DNA from: Octopus sinensis
Lineage: Eukaryota
Assembly (NCBI RefSeq): GCF_006345805.1
Contig: NC_043007.1
Location: forward strand, 47,120,001-47,184,000
Direction: 5' to 3'
DNA length: 64,000 nucleotides
This document shows positions 42,189 through 53,157 of the stretch, one piece after another (positions within the stretch are counted from its first letter, which is position 1; each line of letters opens with the position of its first letter). The translations under genes and the position numbers were made by a program. Below the pieces are notes generated by a model. It saw only the letters and a program-made list of their open reading frames with translations, was not told where the DNA came from and ran no database searches.

Positions 42189-42940
42189 ACATGGGGGAAA
42201 GCACATTCGAAAAGTGTCTTGGTGCGACTATGAAAGAGGCGGTAAATTCGCCACAATAGAAGCAAGGTTAGAGTCAACGGAGCGTGCAAGGGAGTACTCG
42301 ACTCGAACTTGCAAAGTGGAAATATTTTATTTTTACCTTTATATCTGGGACGTAGGACGTCCCGGAAAAATATTTAAAATGCCCCCCCCCCCCCGAAGTA
42401 GAGGTAGGCTTGATTGTAGCCACACTTCTATACAAAAGGGAGAACAAGATACAATTGATCGAAATTACAAGAGACGGGCTAACAATTCCAGTCTGTTATA
42501 TATTTTGAGTATTGTTATCACTAGCGATATCAAGATATAACTTTGTATTTTGCATTTTATGTGTAGATGTATATATATAGATGTACATGTAGTATGTACA
42601 CATATATATACACATAAATACATGCACTAGCATTATGACCCGGCAACGACGGGTCTTTAATGCTAGTAATGTATATCGATGAACAAATAGCCATCTTATA
42701 TCCAATAACATGTGCCACAACAACGCATATGTAGACATTTCTCAGCTAATAAAACACCTTTTAAACTTACTTCACTTTTTAAAATTTGGATAAACAAGTA
42801 TATATCAGCATCAACATTTTGTTTTGATACCGATTTACTTTCGAGTATCACTTATCTGAGAGTTGCGCAGTTTAAACAATATAATGCTAAATTTACTAAA
42901 TTTTTATACATCAAGTTCGACCACATAATTTAATACAAAA

Positions 42941-43620
42941 TCTATATAATAATCTGCTTTTTCGTTCGCCTGTTATACATTAGTCAGTTAGAGAAAGTTG
43001 GAAGTGGAGTGAGAGGTGAAGTAAATGAGTGTGTGAGAGAGAGAGGGGGAAATGAGGAGTGTGAGTACAGAAAAAGGAAGTGAGGAAGAAGTAAAAGAGA
43101 CGTATAATAAGGTCAAATGTGTCACGTGGTTAGTTGAAGGGAGACGCGAAGAGCGAGAGAAAAGAGGGAGAGAGAAGTGTTAACGACGTGCTAAAGAGTG
43201 GGAAGGGAAAGGAAAAGAGAAAGAGATATGTTTAGGATACAATATTTAGCAGAGAGTGATGCTCTGGTGGAGAGGTTAAAAGCATGAAAAGGGAGATGAT
43301 TAGGAGAGGTAGTTACCGTAAGCGAGATGATTAGGAGAGGTAGTTACCGTAAGCGAGAAATAGAGAGAGAGTTAATAGAAGTGAGATGTGAAGAGGAAAA
43401 AATAAATTTTAAAGATATGAAAAGGAAATTACATGGTTAAAATGTTTCTTAAAGAGGAAGAGAGAAAGTGAAAAATTTAAAGTATTTGTAGACGGTAGCA
43501 AAATAAATATAAAAATGCAAATCATCCTTTCTTTCTTAAATAGCTTCTCTTAATCTTTTTCGTTCTGTGGAATTTCCACGAATCTCAATAGTATTATATA
43601 AAACATCTACATTATATTAG
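42941..43620 (+). mobile_element. Probable 5' part of another non-autonomous Helitron
   Basis: A|TCTATATAATAAT start, purine-rich body, exact 31-bp tandem duplication at 43293-43354; no 3' end found. Confidence 0.3.
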
Positions 43621-43635
43621 GTATCTTACGTTACA

Positions 43636-43825
43636 TCTCTCTTTTACTTGTTTCAGTCATTTGACTGTAGCCATGCTGGAGCACCGCCTTTAGTCGGGAA
43701 AATCGACCCCAGGACTTATTCTTTGTAAGCCTAGTACTTATTCTATCGGTCTCCTTTGCCGAATCGCTAAGTTACGTGGACATAAACACACCAGCATCGG
43801 TTGTCAAGCGACGTTGGGGGGACAA

Positions 43826-43860
<35 letters not shown>

Positions 43861-44046
43861 GACGGAAACTGAAAGAATCTCGTCGTGTATATATATATAT
43901 ATACATGACGGGCTTCTTTCAGTTTCCGTCTATCAAATCCTCTCAGAAGGCTTTTGTCGGCCCGAGGCTATAGTAGAAGACACTTGCCCAAGGTACCACA
44001 CAGTGGAACTGATCCTGGAACCATATGGTTGGTAAGCAACCTACTT
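43636..44046 (-). mobile_element. SINE family A copy; its 5' head is displaced to 51917-51950 by E2 and E1
   Basis: Body matches 7262-7657 up to ggttggtaagcaacctactt; the missing accacacagccactcc appears at 51932. Confidence 0.9.
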
Positions 44047-46244
44047 CTCTAAAACGGGCTTCTCTAAAACATTGTTCTTTTAAAAACAAACACAAAACGA
44101 GGTATTAAACCTCTTACAATTTTTACAACTTTTCAATTTTTGGACTTAACAGTCCATTACTAACAACAACAACAGCTCAATAGTTACATATGATGTGAAT
44201 ACAATACACAAAGCCCTTCCTCCCAGACCTGGCTTACACTTTCCTTAGGAATGCGCCAGCTCTAGATCCGGGCCCCTCAAGTCGTATCACAATTTATGAC
44301 TCGTCCTCAAAATAACTTGTGCCCGCATCTTCCGTCATCCACAACGCCTCCCTCAGAACGTAATCGAGTTTCGTGTTAGCGTCGCCCGGGACCAAGCTAT
44401 AATCCTCATTGAGCTCCTTCAGCCCAAGCGTCACGTCGCAGGTAGCCTCCACAGCTACCTGCGGAGGCCATTCGGGGTCCTGTGTGAAGGCTAAAGGTGC
44501 TCCCTTATGGTGCTTTTCCATCACCTTTTCAATCTCTCCGCCTCTATGGAAGTAGATCAATACATCATCTTTCCTCGGGGGCGGGATATTCAATTCTTTC
44601 GTTGGCGGCACAGTTCCCGCCAACGGTGTTTCTTCTTCTGTCGGTTGCACAACCCCAACCGACGTAGTTCCGGAACATTCCGGTACTATGTCACCGACTG
44701 CCGGTAATGTCCCGTTTCTCTTCCTCTTTCTCTTTTTTCCTTTTCAACTGAGGGAGGGTGCGTCTCCTCCGTGGCCGGAAGATTCGCCTTTCCCTCCTCA
44801 TCCCTAGTATCCTTTGGTGAACACCCATTGTTGCTCACCTTCCTCTTTCGGCCACTGTTTGAGGAATCTTCCGCTTCCTCGGCCGTCTTCATTTCCTCTT
44901 CTATAGGGGTCTCACTTAACTGCTCCGGGATCCTATTTTATTCCCGGGGACAGTTTTTCTTTATGTGGCCAGACTCCAAGCACCGATGACACCTAGGGGT
45001 GTGACCCTCAAGTATCACCGGGTACCTGCACCCGGCCATTTTCAAAAAATCTGGAAGAACCAGATCGGCTGATTGGGTCCAAAGGGTCAAAATTGCTTTT
45101 GACCTAACCCAAACAGCCGCAGAAAGAACTTTCACATTAAGAAGCTTAGTTCCGCTGCCAACCAGACCCCAGCGGATAGTCTCCTCTATCCACTCGGGTT
45201 TTATCCCGGGTGACAGCCCGCAGATCCAAGCTTTCGTCAATCTCTTTCCATGGTACGTGGGCAGAAATAAAATTTCCTAACCCTCCAGGGGTTTACTAGC
45301 AAATTTGCAAGCCTCTTCAGGGGTGTCAAATAGCAACCACACGGTTGCATATCTGACACCCCTGGAAATGAAGCAAATACTCTGCCAACTCTTTTTCAAT
45401 TGCCGTCTTTTCGAACAGGGCGATGGTGTCGAGTGCCTTGGAGTAGGTTCTCAACACCACCGTCCTATCTTCACGGTCTTTTAAGCACTTTTTAGGCGGT
45501 ATAATCTCCCATTCCAAAATTTTGTCATTTTTTATTGCCATGTTTTTTTTGTTTTTTTTTTAAATATATTCAAAATAAAACTTAAAAAGCGAGAAGAAAA
45601 AAGTTCAAAAGTCCAAATAAAGTTCGATAGATTTTTTGAAAAAAATAAGGAAGATACAAAAAAGAGAAAGCACAACAGAAGGGAAAAAATCAACAGAAAG
45701 TCACAATAAACAAAAAACAAAAAAGAGGAGTTAAATAAAGTTCAAAAGAAAGTCAGAAACACAGCAAAAAATCTTCTGGCCATACGGTACTCCCGGCCTA
45801 AGTTGAACCTGGAACGTCGCAACTGGAACACAACTTCCATGAAAATTGGTATAAAATTGGTATAAAATTGTTTAAACTTTGGAGGCAAAACACTCCCCTA
45901 TATAGCAGTTCTCACAATTCTTAAAGTTCTTTAATACAGTTCTCATAATTAGGTAAGAAAAATATTCACTCAATTATCGAAGACGAATACGCCCCCCCCC
46001 CCCAAAAAAAAATTCTCACAATTCAGCGAGAAAAATATATTTGCTCATGTCGGCAGAATCAGAATTCTGAATCCAGTAGGACTTCCTGCCTGTAAAAACA
46101 ATTTTCAACAAAAATTCCCACTGTACCCTGAAAACAGAATCTTACCTTACAATGGGGCTTCAACATTTTTCAATTCTAGACGGCTTCAAAAGCACGTCTT
46201 CACCGCTTCAGTGCCAAATACAACACTGACTCGCACATGCGCAG
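44047..46244 (-). mobile_element. ORF1-only (half-L1-like) Tx1-clade retroelement E2
   Basis: ~700-bp 5' UTR, ORF1 45541-44294, ~250-bp 3' UTR; aagcaacct at 44034-42 and 46245-53; no APE/RT sequence. Confidence 0.75.
44294..45541 (-). pseudogene. Gag-like ORF1 of E2 with CCHC knuckle; two stops and two frameshifts
   Basis: EDRTVVLRTY, VRYATV, ILFLPTYHGKR, LEGHTPRCHRCLESGHIKKNC, C-terminal KDDVLIYFHRGG... Confidence 0.85.
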
Positions 46245-46478
46245 AAGCAACCTGTTAGCAAGCTACTTTATTTCATGAAAGATTCGCCATTAAGGCGTTA
46301 CATAGAGGGGACATACAAATACAGACAAACACATAGGGTGTAGTAGCTTAAAACGTTGGTGATTACAATAAAATATATATAATATTTACAATATAAAGTT
46401 TTAAAAATTTGGTATTATACAGTAGGGCACGGATCCCAGCGATCTGGGTAGAACCTTTACTTCTTGATCCGGCCACAC

Positions 46479-49400
46479 TTACCTGGTGCCAGATATACCC
46501 AGCTTGCACGCTACAGACTTCCATCTTTTCGCAAACATATCTCATGACAGACACCTCTTCTCCAGCCTGATCTTACTACCGAGGTGGTAACTGAAAAAGT
46601 TAACCAACCCCTGGCCGGATACAAAGGTACATGTCACTATACCTTTCGTACGCGTCTCCCATACTGTTTCTTTCAGTATGGCTACTACGCAGGAAAAACA
46701 AGCCTTCCTTTCCCTGCTGAGGAAAGGAGGTGGCACAATCTCAATGATAGACTCCGCTGATAGCTGTACTCTTCCATTCACTGACAACAGTTGTTCGGCG
46801 AAAGCAATCAGTCCCGATAACTCCGGACACTCCACGAATGCGTGCAAGACGGTTTCCCTATCCTGCTCACATCGCGGACATGTCGGCGAGACGGCACTTC
46901 CGTGCCTTGACAGCTTGTCGCGAACAGGTAATGCCGCACGGAAATACTGCCAGGCCAGGTATTTCTGGTAATTATCCAGGTACCCCGGCCCGAACGTTCT
47001 CCGGAACAGGTTGGTCAACTGATTTTCATCGTAGCCCAGGGTGTCCCCCAAGGCGTCTTCGGACTTAACCTCCACTAACCCGCTATAGAAATCCGCGGTG
47101 GAACTCCTGTTACCGGCATTGCCCGCCCGAGAGAGTAGCTGAAGTGCCTGACGGCACTCCAATTGCCAGTCCCCCAGCCTAGGTCTCTGCTTGATCCAAT
47201 TACCAATGTCCGTTAAGGACGTTAATCGCGGAAAGTAGAACAGAACGTGCGGTGACCACACCTGTTCTCCATCCAAGTAAAGCCAGAGGTGCCTCAACCT
47301 TAACGCGACCTTTCGCATCTTCAGCCAAGGCATCCCTAGCCCACCCTTTAGCGGTTTCTGGCAGCAGACAGAGCGCTTTACAAGGGGCTTCCCTCCTTTC
47401 CACAAAAAGTGGAAAAGGATTCTCTCCAACTTGTTCAGCCACAAATCGGGGCAAGGCACCACGGTCAGGCGGTAAGTGACTACTGATGCTATGAACATCT
47501 GCACCACCTCCGCCCTCCCTAGCAGGGATAACGCCCGTCCAGACCAGGTCTGGGTTAGAGCGGTCGCCTTGCCGGCCACTTCAGTCCAATTTTTCTCTAT
47601 CTGGAGGTCTGGCCCGAACCAGACTCCGAGCAGCTTAACAGGACCTTCCGTCCAACGCCCCACGACGTTATTGGACGGCATCGGCTTGCCCCTCCAGGTG
47701 CCGAGTTGCAAACCGACCGACTTGTCTTTGTTCACCTTTGCTCCTGCCACCACCTCGTAGCTTTTGATGGCCTCTTCCACCACTGGGAGCTGGTCCTCAT
47801 CTGCCACGATGATGGAGATGTCATCCGCGTACTCCGTAGCTCCTCTTCCACACCATAGATCATGCGGTGCGCCCCCTATTGCCCCCAACTTCCGCAGCAA
47901 GGGCTGAAGAGCCAACGCATATAGAAGTGGGGACAGGGGACACCCCTGCCGAACTGAACGCTCGATCCTGAACGGCTTCGAAAGGAAGCCGTTCACCTTG
48001 ACCACAGACTCGATGTCGCTATACAAAGCAGCGATCCAGCCGCGAAAGGTCGGGCCCAGGCCAGTCCCCCCCCCCCGAGGACCGCCGCCAAGTACCGATG
48101 GTCGACCCTATCAACTGCTTTAGACTGGTCTAAATGTGCCAGTTCCCCCCCTGCGCCAGAAAGCTTCCCGACCCTCTCTAAGGAGTAGCGTATAAGGTGG
48201 AGATTGTCGTGTATCGTCCTGCCCGGGATAGCGCACGTTTGCGCTTCTCCGACAAGTTTATCCACGACCCGCGCCGACCTTTTCGCCAGCACCTTGGCCA
48301 AAATCTTTAACTCTGTGTTCAGCAGATTTATGGGCCTGAAGTTTCCTATCTCGTCCCCCTTGCTCGGGTCCTTCTTGATCAACGTCACCGCACCCCGGCT
48401 CACAGACTTGGGAATTTTCCCATTCTGCTGCCAGTTGGCGAAGACGCTAGCCAGCAGGTGCCCGAACAAGTCTGGCATACTTTTTAAAACTCATAGGGCA
48501 GACCGTCGAGACCCGGCGACTTCTCCTCGGGGCACCCGCCCAACGCCTCGATTACTTCCTCGGCTGTGATTGGCCCCTCACAGCACTCAGCCTCTCGTGC
48601 CGAGAGCCGCGGGCCACCAGACAGGAAGTCCCTAAGGGCCTCACCATGATCCAGCGTCCCGCACCTCCCGAACAACAAGGCGAAGTGCTTGTAAAGTGTC
48701 TCACACATCTCGTCCCGTTCCTTCACCGTGCATCCGTTTCCATCAACAAGAGACCTAATTGTGGCATTGTTGCCACGCTGGGTTTCTATCGTACGGGCCC
48801 ATCCGGCAACATAAATTCCCTCGCGGCCCAATGCTCGTACTTTAGCCCGAACTCTACACCCCTCATGTTTGGTTTTGAGGTGACGGTCTAAAGCCGTTCT
48901 CGCCGCCAAAATGTGAGATGCAGAGCCCAACCTCAACGCCTACTCTAACTTCTTAGCTAATTGCCCTTCTATTCTAGCCTTATCTAGTCTTAGTTGCTTA
49001 CTAAACCTAATGGACTCGAATCGAATGGCTCTTTTCAGGGCGAACCACCACCGGTTATTAATCACGGCTCCGGTTAACGACCTCTGCACTAACTCCTTAA
49101 TCCGACTGCGGTATGCCTCAAAAGTCAAAATAGACTTGTTCAGCTTCCAGTAGCCGTTTCATATCTTTAGTGTGCTACCTATGTCCAGTCTACACTTGAC
49201 CATTCTATGGTCCGTATAGGGCACCTGGACGAGCTGTGGACAACTAAAAGTAGACTTATCTCTAGTTCTTATCACTATCCTGTCTAGATAAGACTTGAAC
49301 CTTCCGTCGCCACTCATCCAGGTCCACTCTGGGACGTTCGGATGGTCAAGTCTGTAACGATCTGCCAGCTGAAACCGCTTAAGCAGGTCCACGAGACGTG

Positions 49401-49883
49401 AGGTCACTTTCCTATGGATCGAGCCAACACTATCGATGTGTACGTCAACGATAACATTAAAGTCTCCTAATACTACTAAAGTCTTCGACGTCACGAGAAA
49501 GTTCTCTAGGCTCCGATAAAAATCAGTTTGGAAGCCTCTAGCACAAGGTGCATAGAGTCCGATCAACCTGAAGGCCTTACTGCTGTATGTCAAATCAAGG
49601 ACGACCAGCCCACCTTCAGGGTCCACATAGACTGTACTTGCCTGCAGAGCCAAGTTTTTACGGATCAGTACCACTACGCCCCTCGTCCTCCGGTCTGACC
49701 GGGAGACATGATTTTCTCGTAGCTATTCAGGAGAGGCGAGAAGGTTTGTAGACTGTCCAACTTGGTCTCTGTAGCAACCATCACATGCATATCATGTGAT
49801 CTGAGATCATCGAGGAAACACCTCTGCTTCCACTTCGAACTCAGATCACGCACATTCAAACAACCAAGGCTAAGAGACGCCAT
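46479..49883 (-). pseudogene. E1 ORF2: AP endonuclease, reverse transcriptase and C-terminal CCHC, disrupted
   Basis: CLNVR, VATETK, LYAP, LGDFN, YLDRI (APE); KSPGLDGLPYEF, NFRPINLLN, VRQGCPLSPLLY, EYADD (RT); CPRC..ETVLHAFVEC. About three frameshifts and three premature stops; natural stop appears at 46479. Confidence 0.93.
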
Positions 49884-49900
49884 TACAAAAAGTGAAGGTT

Positions 49901-51316
49901 CTACTTACATTTCTTTGGAGATGTGGGGGCTGACCTCACCACACGTGGATCCGTCCCCATCTTCTCTCTCTTCGCGTAACCCGGTAAATCCACAATCTTC
50001 CATATGGCCATCTGGTTTTTGTCCTTTAGTTGCCGGTATAGGGATTCTTCTACCCTTGCACATCTGTTTTTCAAATCATGGTGTTGGATGTGCAGCATAG
50101 TCTTTTTGTGCTTTAAAATAGCGTCACTTGTATACGTGTCTGTTGTATCGTATTCCACCAACATAACATTTTTGTTTTCTTCCGGGACAGATGGGCAGGG
50201 TTTCTTTTTTGGTGTCTGTGGTGCGTTTTTTCTGTTTTGTGTGGAGGATATGGGTGGGGAAGGTCTACGGGAACGTTTCTTTCCCACTAGTGTGAATCCA
50301 CCCTCTGAAACCTCCATGGTGTTATCTGAGGGGTTGGTGGCAGTTTCTTTCGGCGCAGTGTTTTCCGTTGGTGCCGGGTCTTCCAAGAGGGTTGGGTCAT
50401 TTTGTTTATGTAGGGACTTGTGCGTGCCGGGACTGGGTTTTTCTGTGCTTTGTTTGGGGACTAGCACCTCAACAACGGGGGTAGGAGTTTTTGTGTTTGT
50501 GAGGGGTTGGTTTTCTTTTGTTATTTGAGGGGCCTGGTGTTTGCAACAACTTTTATTTTCTTCACAGTCAGCTCGAATGTGGCCCTTTTTTCCGCATTGG
50601 TAACAGGTGGGCTTACGGCCTTCCACTTGTACCCTAAGGGCCACATTCTCCCCAACGAGTATTCTCTCTGGTAGGGCCTGAATGTCCTCCTGTTTGCCTT
50701 GTATTAAAACCGTTATGTTCCACCCTAACCACATCTGTGAGGCGGAACTTGTGGTCTGTAATATGTTTATCCGGTCCGTCCTGTTAAACAACAGGCCGGC
50801 CACCACTTCTTTCGGGTCTACTGTGGGTGGGATTTCGTTAATCCTTACGCGGGATGTTCGTCGCCCCCTGTACGTTGGCAAAAGTACCACTTCCTTGGTT
50901 TTCAGGGGGCACACGGCGTGCCCGCGAGCCACCTTTTCCTCTGATAATTGAACCTCAACGGATCCGTATGCCCGTCCCCTCGAGATATACACTATACCCC
51001 TCCATATCGGGGCCAGGCATTTTTCAATGGTTTCCTTCCCGAAGTGCTTAAACCTTTTGTCTTGTGGGCAGAAGGTTTTAAACACCACGGTCCTCTTTTC
51101 CGTTTCTAGCACGGTGGAGGAGGGCGATATCACAACATCACCTCCCTCCTCCTTCATTCTTTTAAAATATCCCTGCAGCATGTCTGCAGAGATATCTATA
51201 ATTTCGGTTGATACTTCAGCAACTGCCGAAAACTTTTTTACAGCGTTGGCGCAATTGCTAACATCAACATTGCTCTCTTCAAGAGAAGATTTTCCATGTA
51301 TTATTTCAACCGACAT
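49901..51316 (-). CDS. E1 ORF1, intact gag-like nucleic-acid-binding protein (471 aa from ATG at 51316)
   Basis: Uninterrupted ORF; LLPTYRGRR; VEGRKPTCYQCGKKGHIRADC; KKRSRR and PKKK basic motifs. Confidence 0.9.
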   Translation of the reverse strand: MSVEIIHGKSSLEESNVDVSNCANAVKKFSAVAEVSTEIIDISADMLQGYFKRMKEEGGDVVISPSSTVLETEKRTVVFKTFCPQDKRFKHFGKETIEKCLAPIWRGIVYISRGRAYGSVEVQLSEEKVARGHAVCPLKTKEVVLLPTYRGRRTSRVRINEIPPTVDPKEVVAGLLFNRTDRINILQTTSSASQMWLGWNITVLIQGKQEDIQALPERILVGENVALRVQVEGRKPTCYQCGKKGHIRADCEENKSCCKHQAPQITKENQPLTNTKTPTPVVEVLVPKQSTEKPSPGTHKSLHKQNDPTLLEDPAPTENTAPKETATNPSDNTMEVSEGGFTLVGKKRSRRPSPPISSTQNRKNAPQTPKKKPCPSVPEENKNVMLVEYDTTDTYTSDAILKHKKTMLHIQHHDLKNRCARVEESLYRQLKDKNQMAIWKIVDLPGYAKREKMGTDPRVVRSAPTSPKKCK

Positions 51317-52632
51317 GGTTGAAAAGTAATTGGTTTCCCACAAAACTGGGAGACCTTTCAAAAAAAGAAATTTTCCTCTCACAAAGGACAAAAGTAATTA
51401 ATTTTTTAAATGCTCGCAGTCCTAGGTTCAAATCCCACCCCCGCTGGGGGGTGAGACGTAGCAACGAAGTCTACGACGATTTGAAATTATTTTCCACCAC
51501 AACGAAATCCCCAAAAAGGGAAACCTATATTTTTCCAAAACAGTTCAAATCTCGCCCGTGCTACGGGTGGATGTCACAATAGAGCCTACAATGGCTAAAA
51601 TTAAATTTTTCCACAATAACAATTTGCTATCCCCAAAACGGGAAGCCTATAATATTTTTTCCCTCTTAATAAGGATAACAGTTCAATTGCCACCCCCGCC
51701 GGGTGGGGGACACAACAATAAAGCCTACAACGGCTTTAACAAGTTCAACAATATTAATAATTCAACATTAATTATTTTTTTGTTGTCTTACAACAATTAC
51801 TTTTTCCCGTCACCGGGAAGAAAGCACAAAAGTTCACAAAAGTATTCAACAATAAACAGCAGAAAAATTATCCGTGTGACTCACCGCATAAAAAAACACC
51901 TCCGAATACGTCGGAGGTTAGCAAGCTACTTACCACACAGCCACTCCTACGCTTATCAACTTTTGTCCAAAAAATCTCATGAATTTAGAAGATTCTGTCC
52001 AAGGGACAAGCCAAAGAGATAAAGCACTTACTATATTTGTAATTGGGGTAATGCCTTCATACAAATATCACCGCTATGGGGACAGATACATTCACCATGG
52101 GATTTTTATGATAAAATACCTATGCATTATGACCCCCATATGTGCCAAGTATATTCAAATTTAAGACTCTATAATCCCTATTCGACTTCAACAAGCCAAA
52201 GATTTCTTGACCTATAAACCTTAAACAGAAGATCGTTATTGCTTTCAGATTTAAGTACCAATGCAATTTAGATTTATTTGATTAACTAATTTCTATAATC
52301 ATTATCAATTTGCTTAATGGACTGAACATAACCATGGAAACTTCTAGAAGAACGACATTAATTTAATAGCAATTTTTAATTTAGATTTGAGACGCGTGAC
52401 TGACTTGGCACGAAGCGGGCTTGGAAGTGTAAGCTATGTATATGAAGTAATATTAAAACAGGTTTCCTAACTTCGTATTTTCGCTCCTTTTTCTAACAAG
52501 TTCAACTCCTCTCTATCTAAATATTATTCTGGGTACATAAAAGATAAATTCAAGTTTTTGTAGTCTTGAGTATTTCAGTTAACGAAGCAATATCACGCAC
52601 ACACACACACACACATTTATATATATATGTAT

Positions 52633-52935
52633 ATCACCGTGACCGACCAGGCTATCAGATATTGCTACACATCACTGGTCACAATGCGCTTCGCATTGTT
52701 ATAGCCTTCAAATGACGTCACCCCGCTGGCTAAGCGAGCAGGCCAACAGAAGAAAGGGTGAGAGAAAGTTGTGGCGCAAAAGTACAGCAGGGATCGTCAC
52801 CATCCACTGCAGGAACCTCGTGGAGCTTTAGGTGCTTTCGCTCAATAAACACTCGCAACGCCCGGCCTGGGAATTGAAACCGCGATATTACAACCACGAG
52901 TCCGGTCCCCTAACCACTGTGCCATTGCACCCCCC
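52633..52935 (-). mobile_element. SINE family C copy
   Basis: Reverse complement matches 24419-24710. Confidence 0.85.
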
Positions 52936-52970
52936 ACACACACATACACACACACTCATACATATATACA

Positions 52971-53043
<73 letters not shown>

Positions 53044-53118
53044 TTTGATACTTTGATACTTTGATAGGTTTCGGCCATTATTGGCCCAGGCCATGTCTAA
53101 CTTAATAGCACCACCTGG

Positions 53119-53150
<32 letters not shown>

Positions 53151-53157
53151 CATAGAT

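Larger units (their letters stand above)
40200..42495 (+). pseudogene. Tx1-like ORF1 remnant (E5), split by E3 into 40200-40266 and 42201-42495
   Basis: KEKTIVYKVYNVEK left of E3; RGGKFATIEARL, ILFLPLYLGRRTSR and PPEVEVGLIVATLL right of it, homologous to E1 ORF1. Confidence 0.6.
39575..42666 (+). mobile_element. Non-autonomous Helitron carrying nested Tx1-like ORF1 sequences
   Basis: 5' A|TCTTTATATATATAAAACTG; 3' GACCCGGCAACGACGGGTC hairpin then CTAG|T, both like 17433-17925; internal ~153-bp tandem repeat at ~39628/39781. Joining of the two ends into one element is inferred. Confidence 0.65.
46269..51916 (-). mobile_element. Full-length Tx1/L1-clade LINE E1 (5' UTR, ORF1, ORF2, 3' UTR)
   Basis: Perfect 15-bp TSD gttagcaagctactt at 46254-68 and 51917-31; two-ORF organisation; no poly(A) tail. 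Confidence 0.95.

Noticed and set aside
46090-46145. 56-nt GT-AG intron in the E2 5' UTR (minus strand)
   Set aside because: A sense-strand intron should be lost on retrotransposition and it is very short; probably coincidental
40288-50528. Long antisense ORFs (40288-41061, 41074-41667, 50004-50528 and similar)
   Set aside because: Shadows of the purine-rich sense ORF1s; no motifs
44047-51916. One tricistronic LINE (ORF1-ORF2-ORF3) of ~7.9 kb
   Set aside because: A perfect 15-bp TSD brackets E1 alone, a target copy lies between E1 and E2, and each has its own 3' stem-loop; two elements fit better, though co-mobilisation is not excluded
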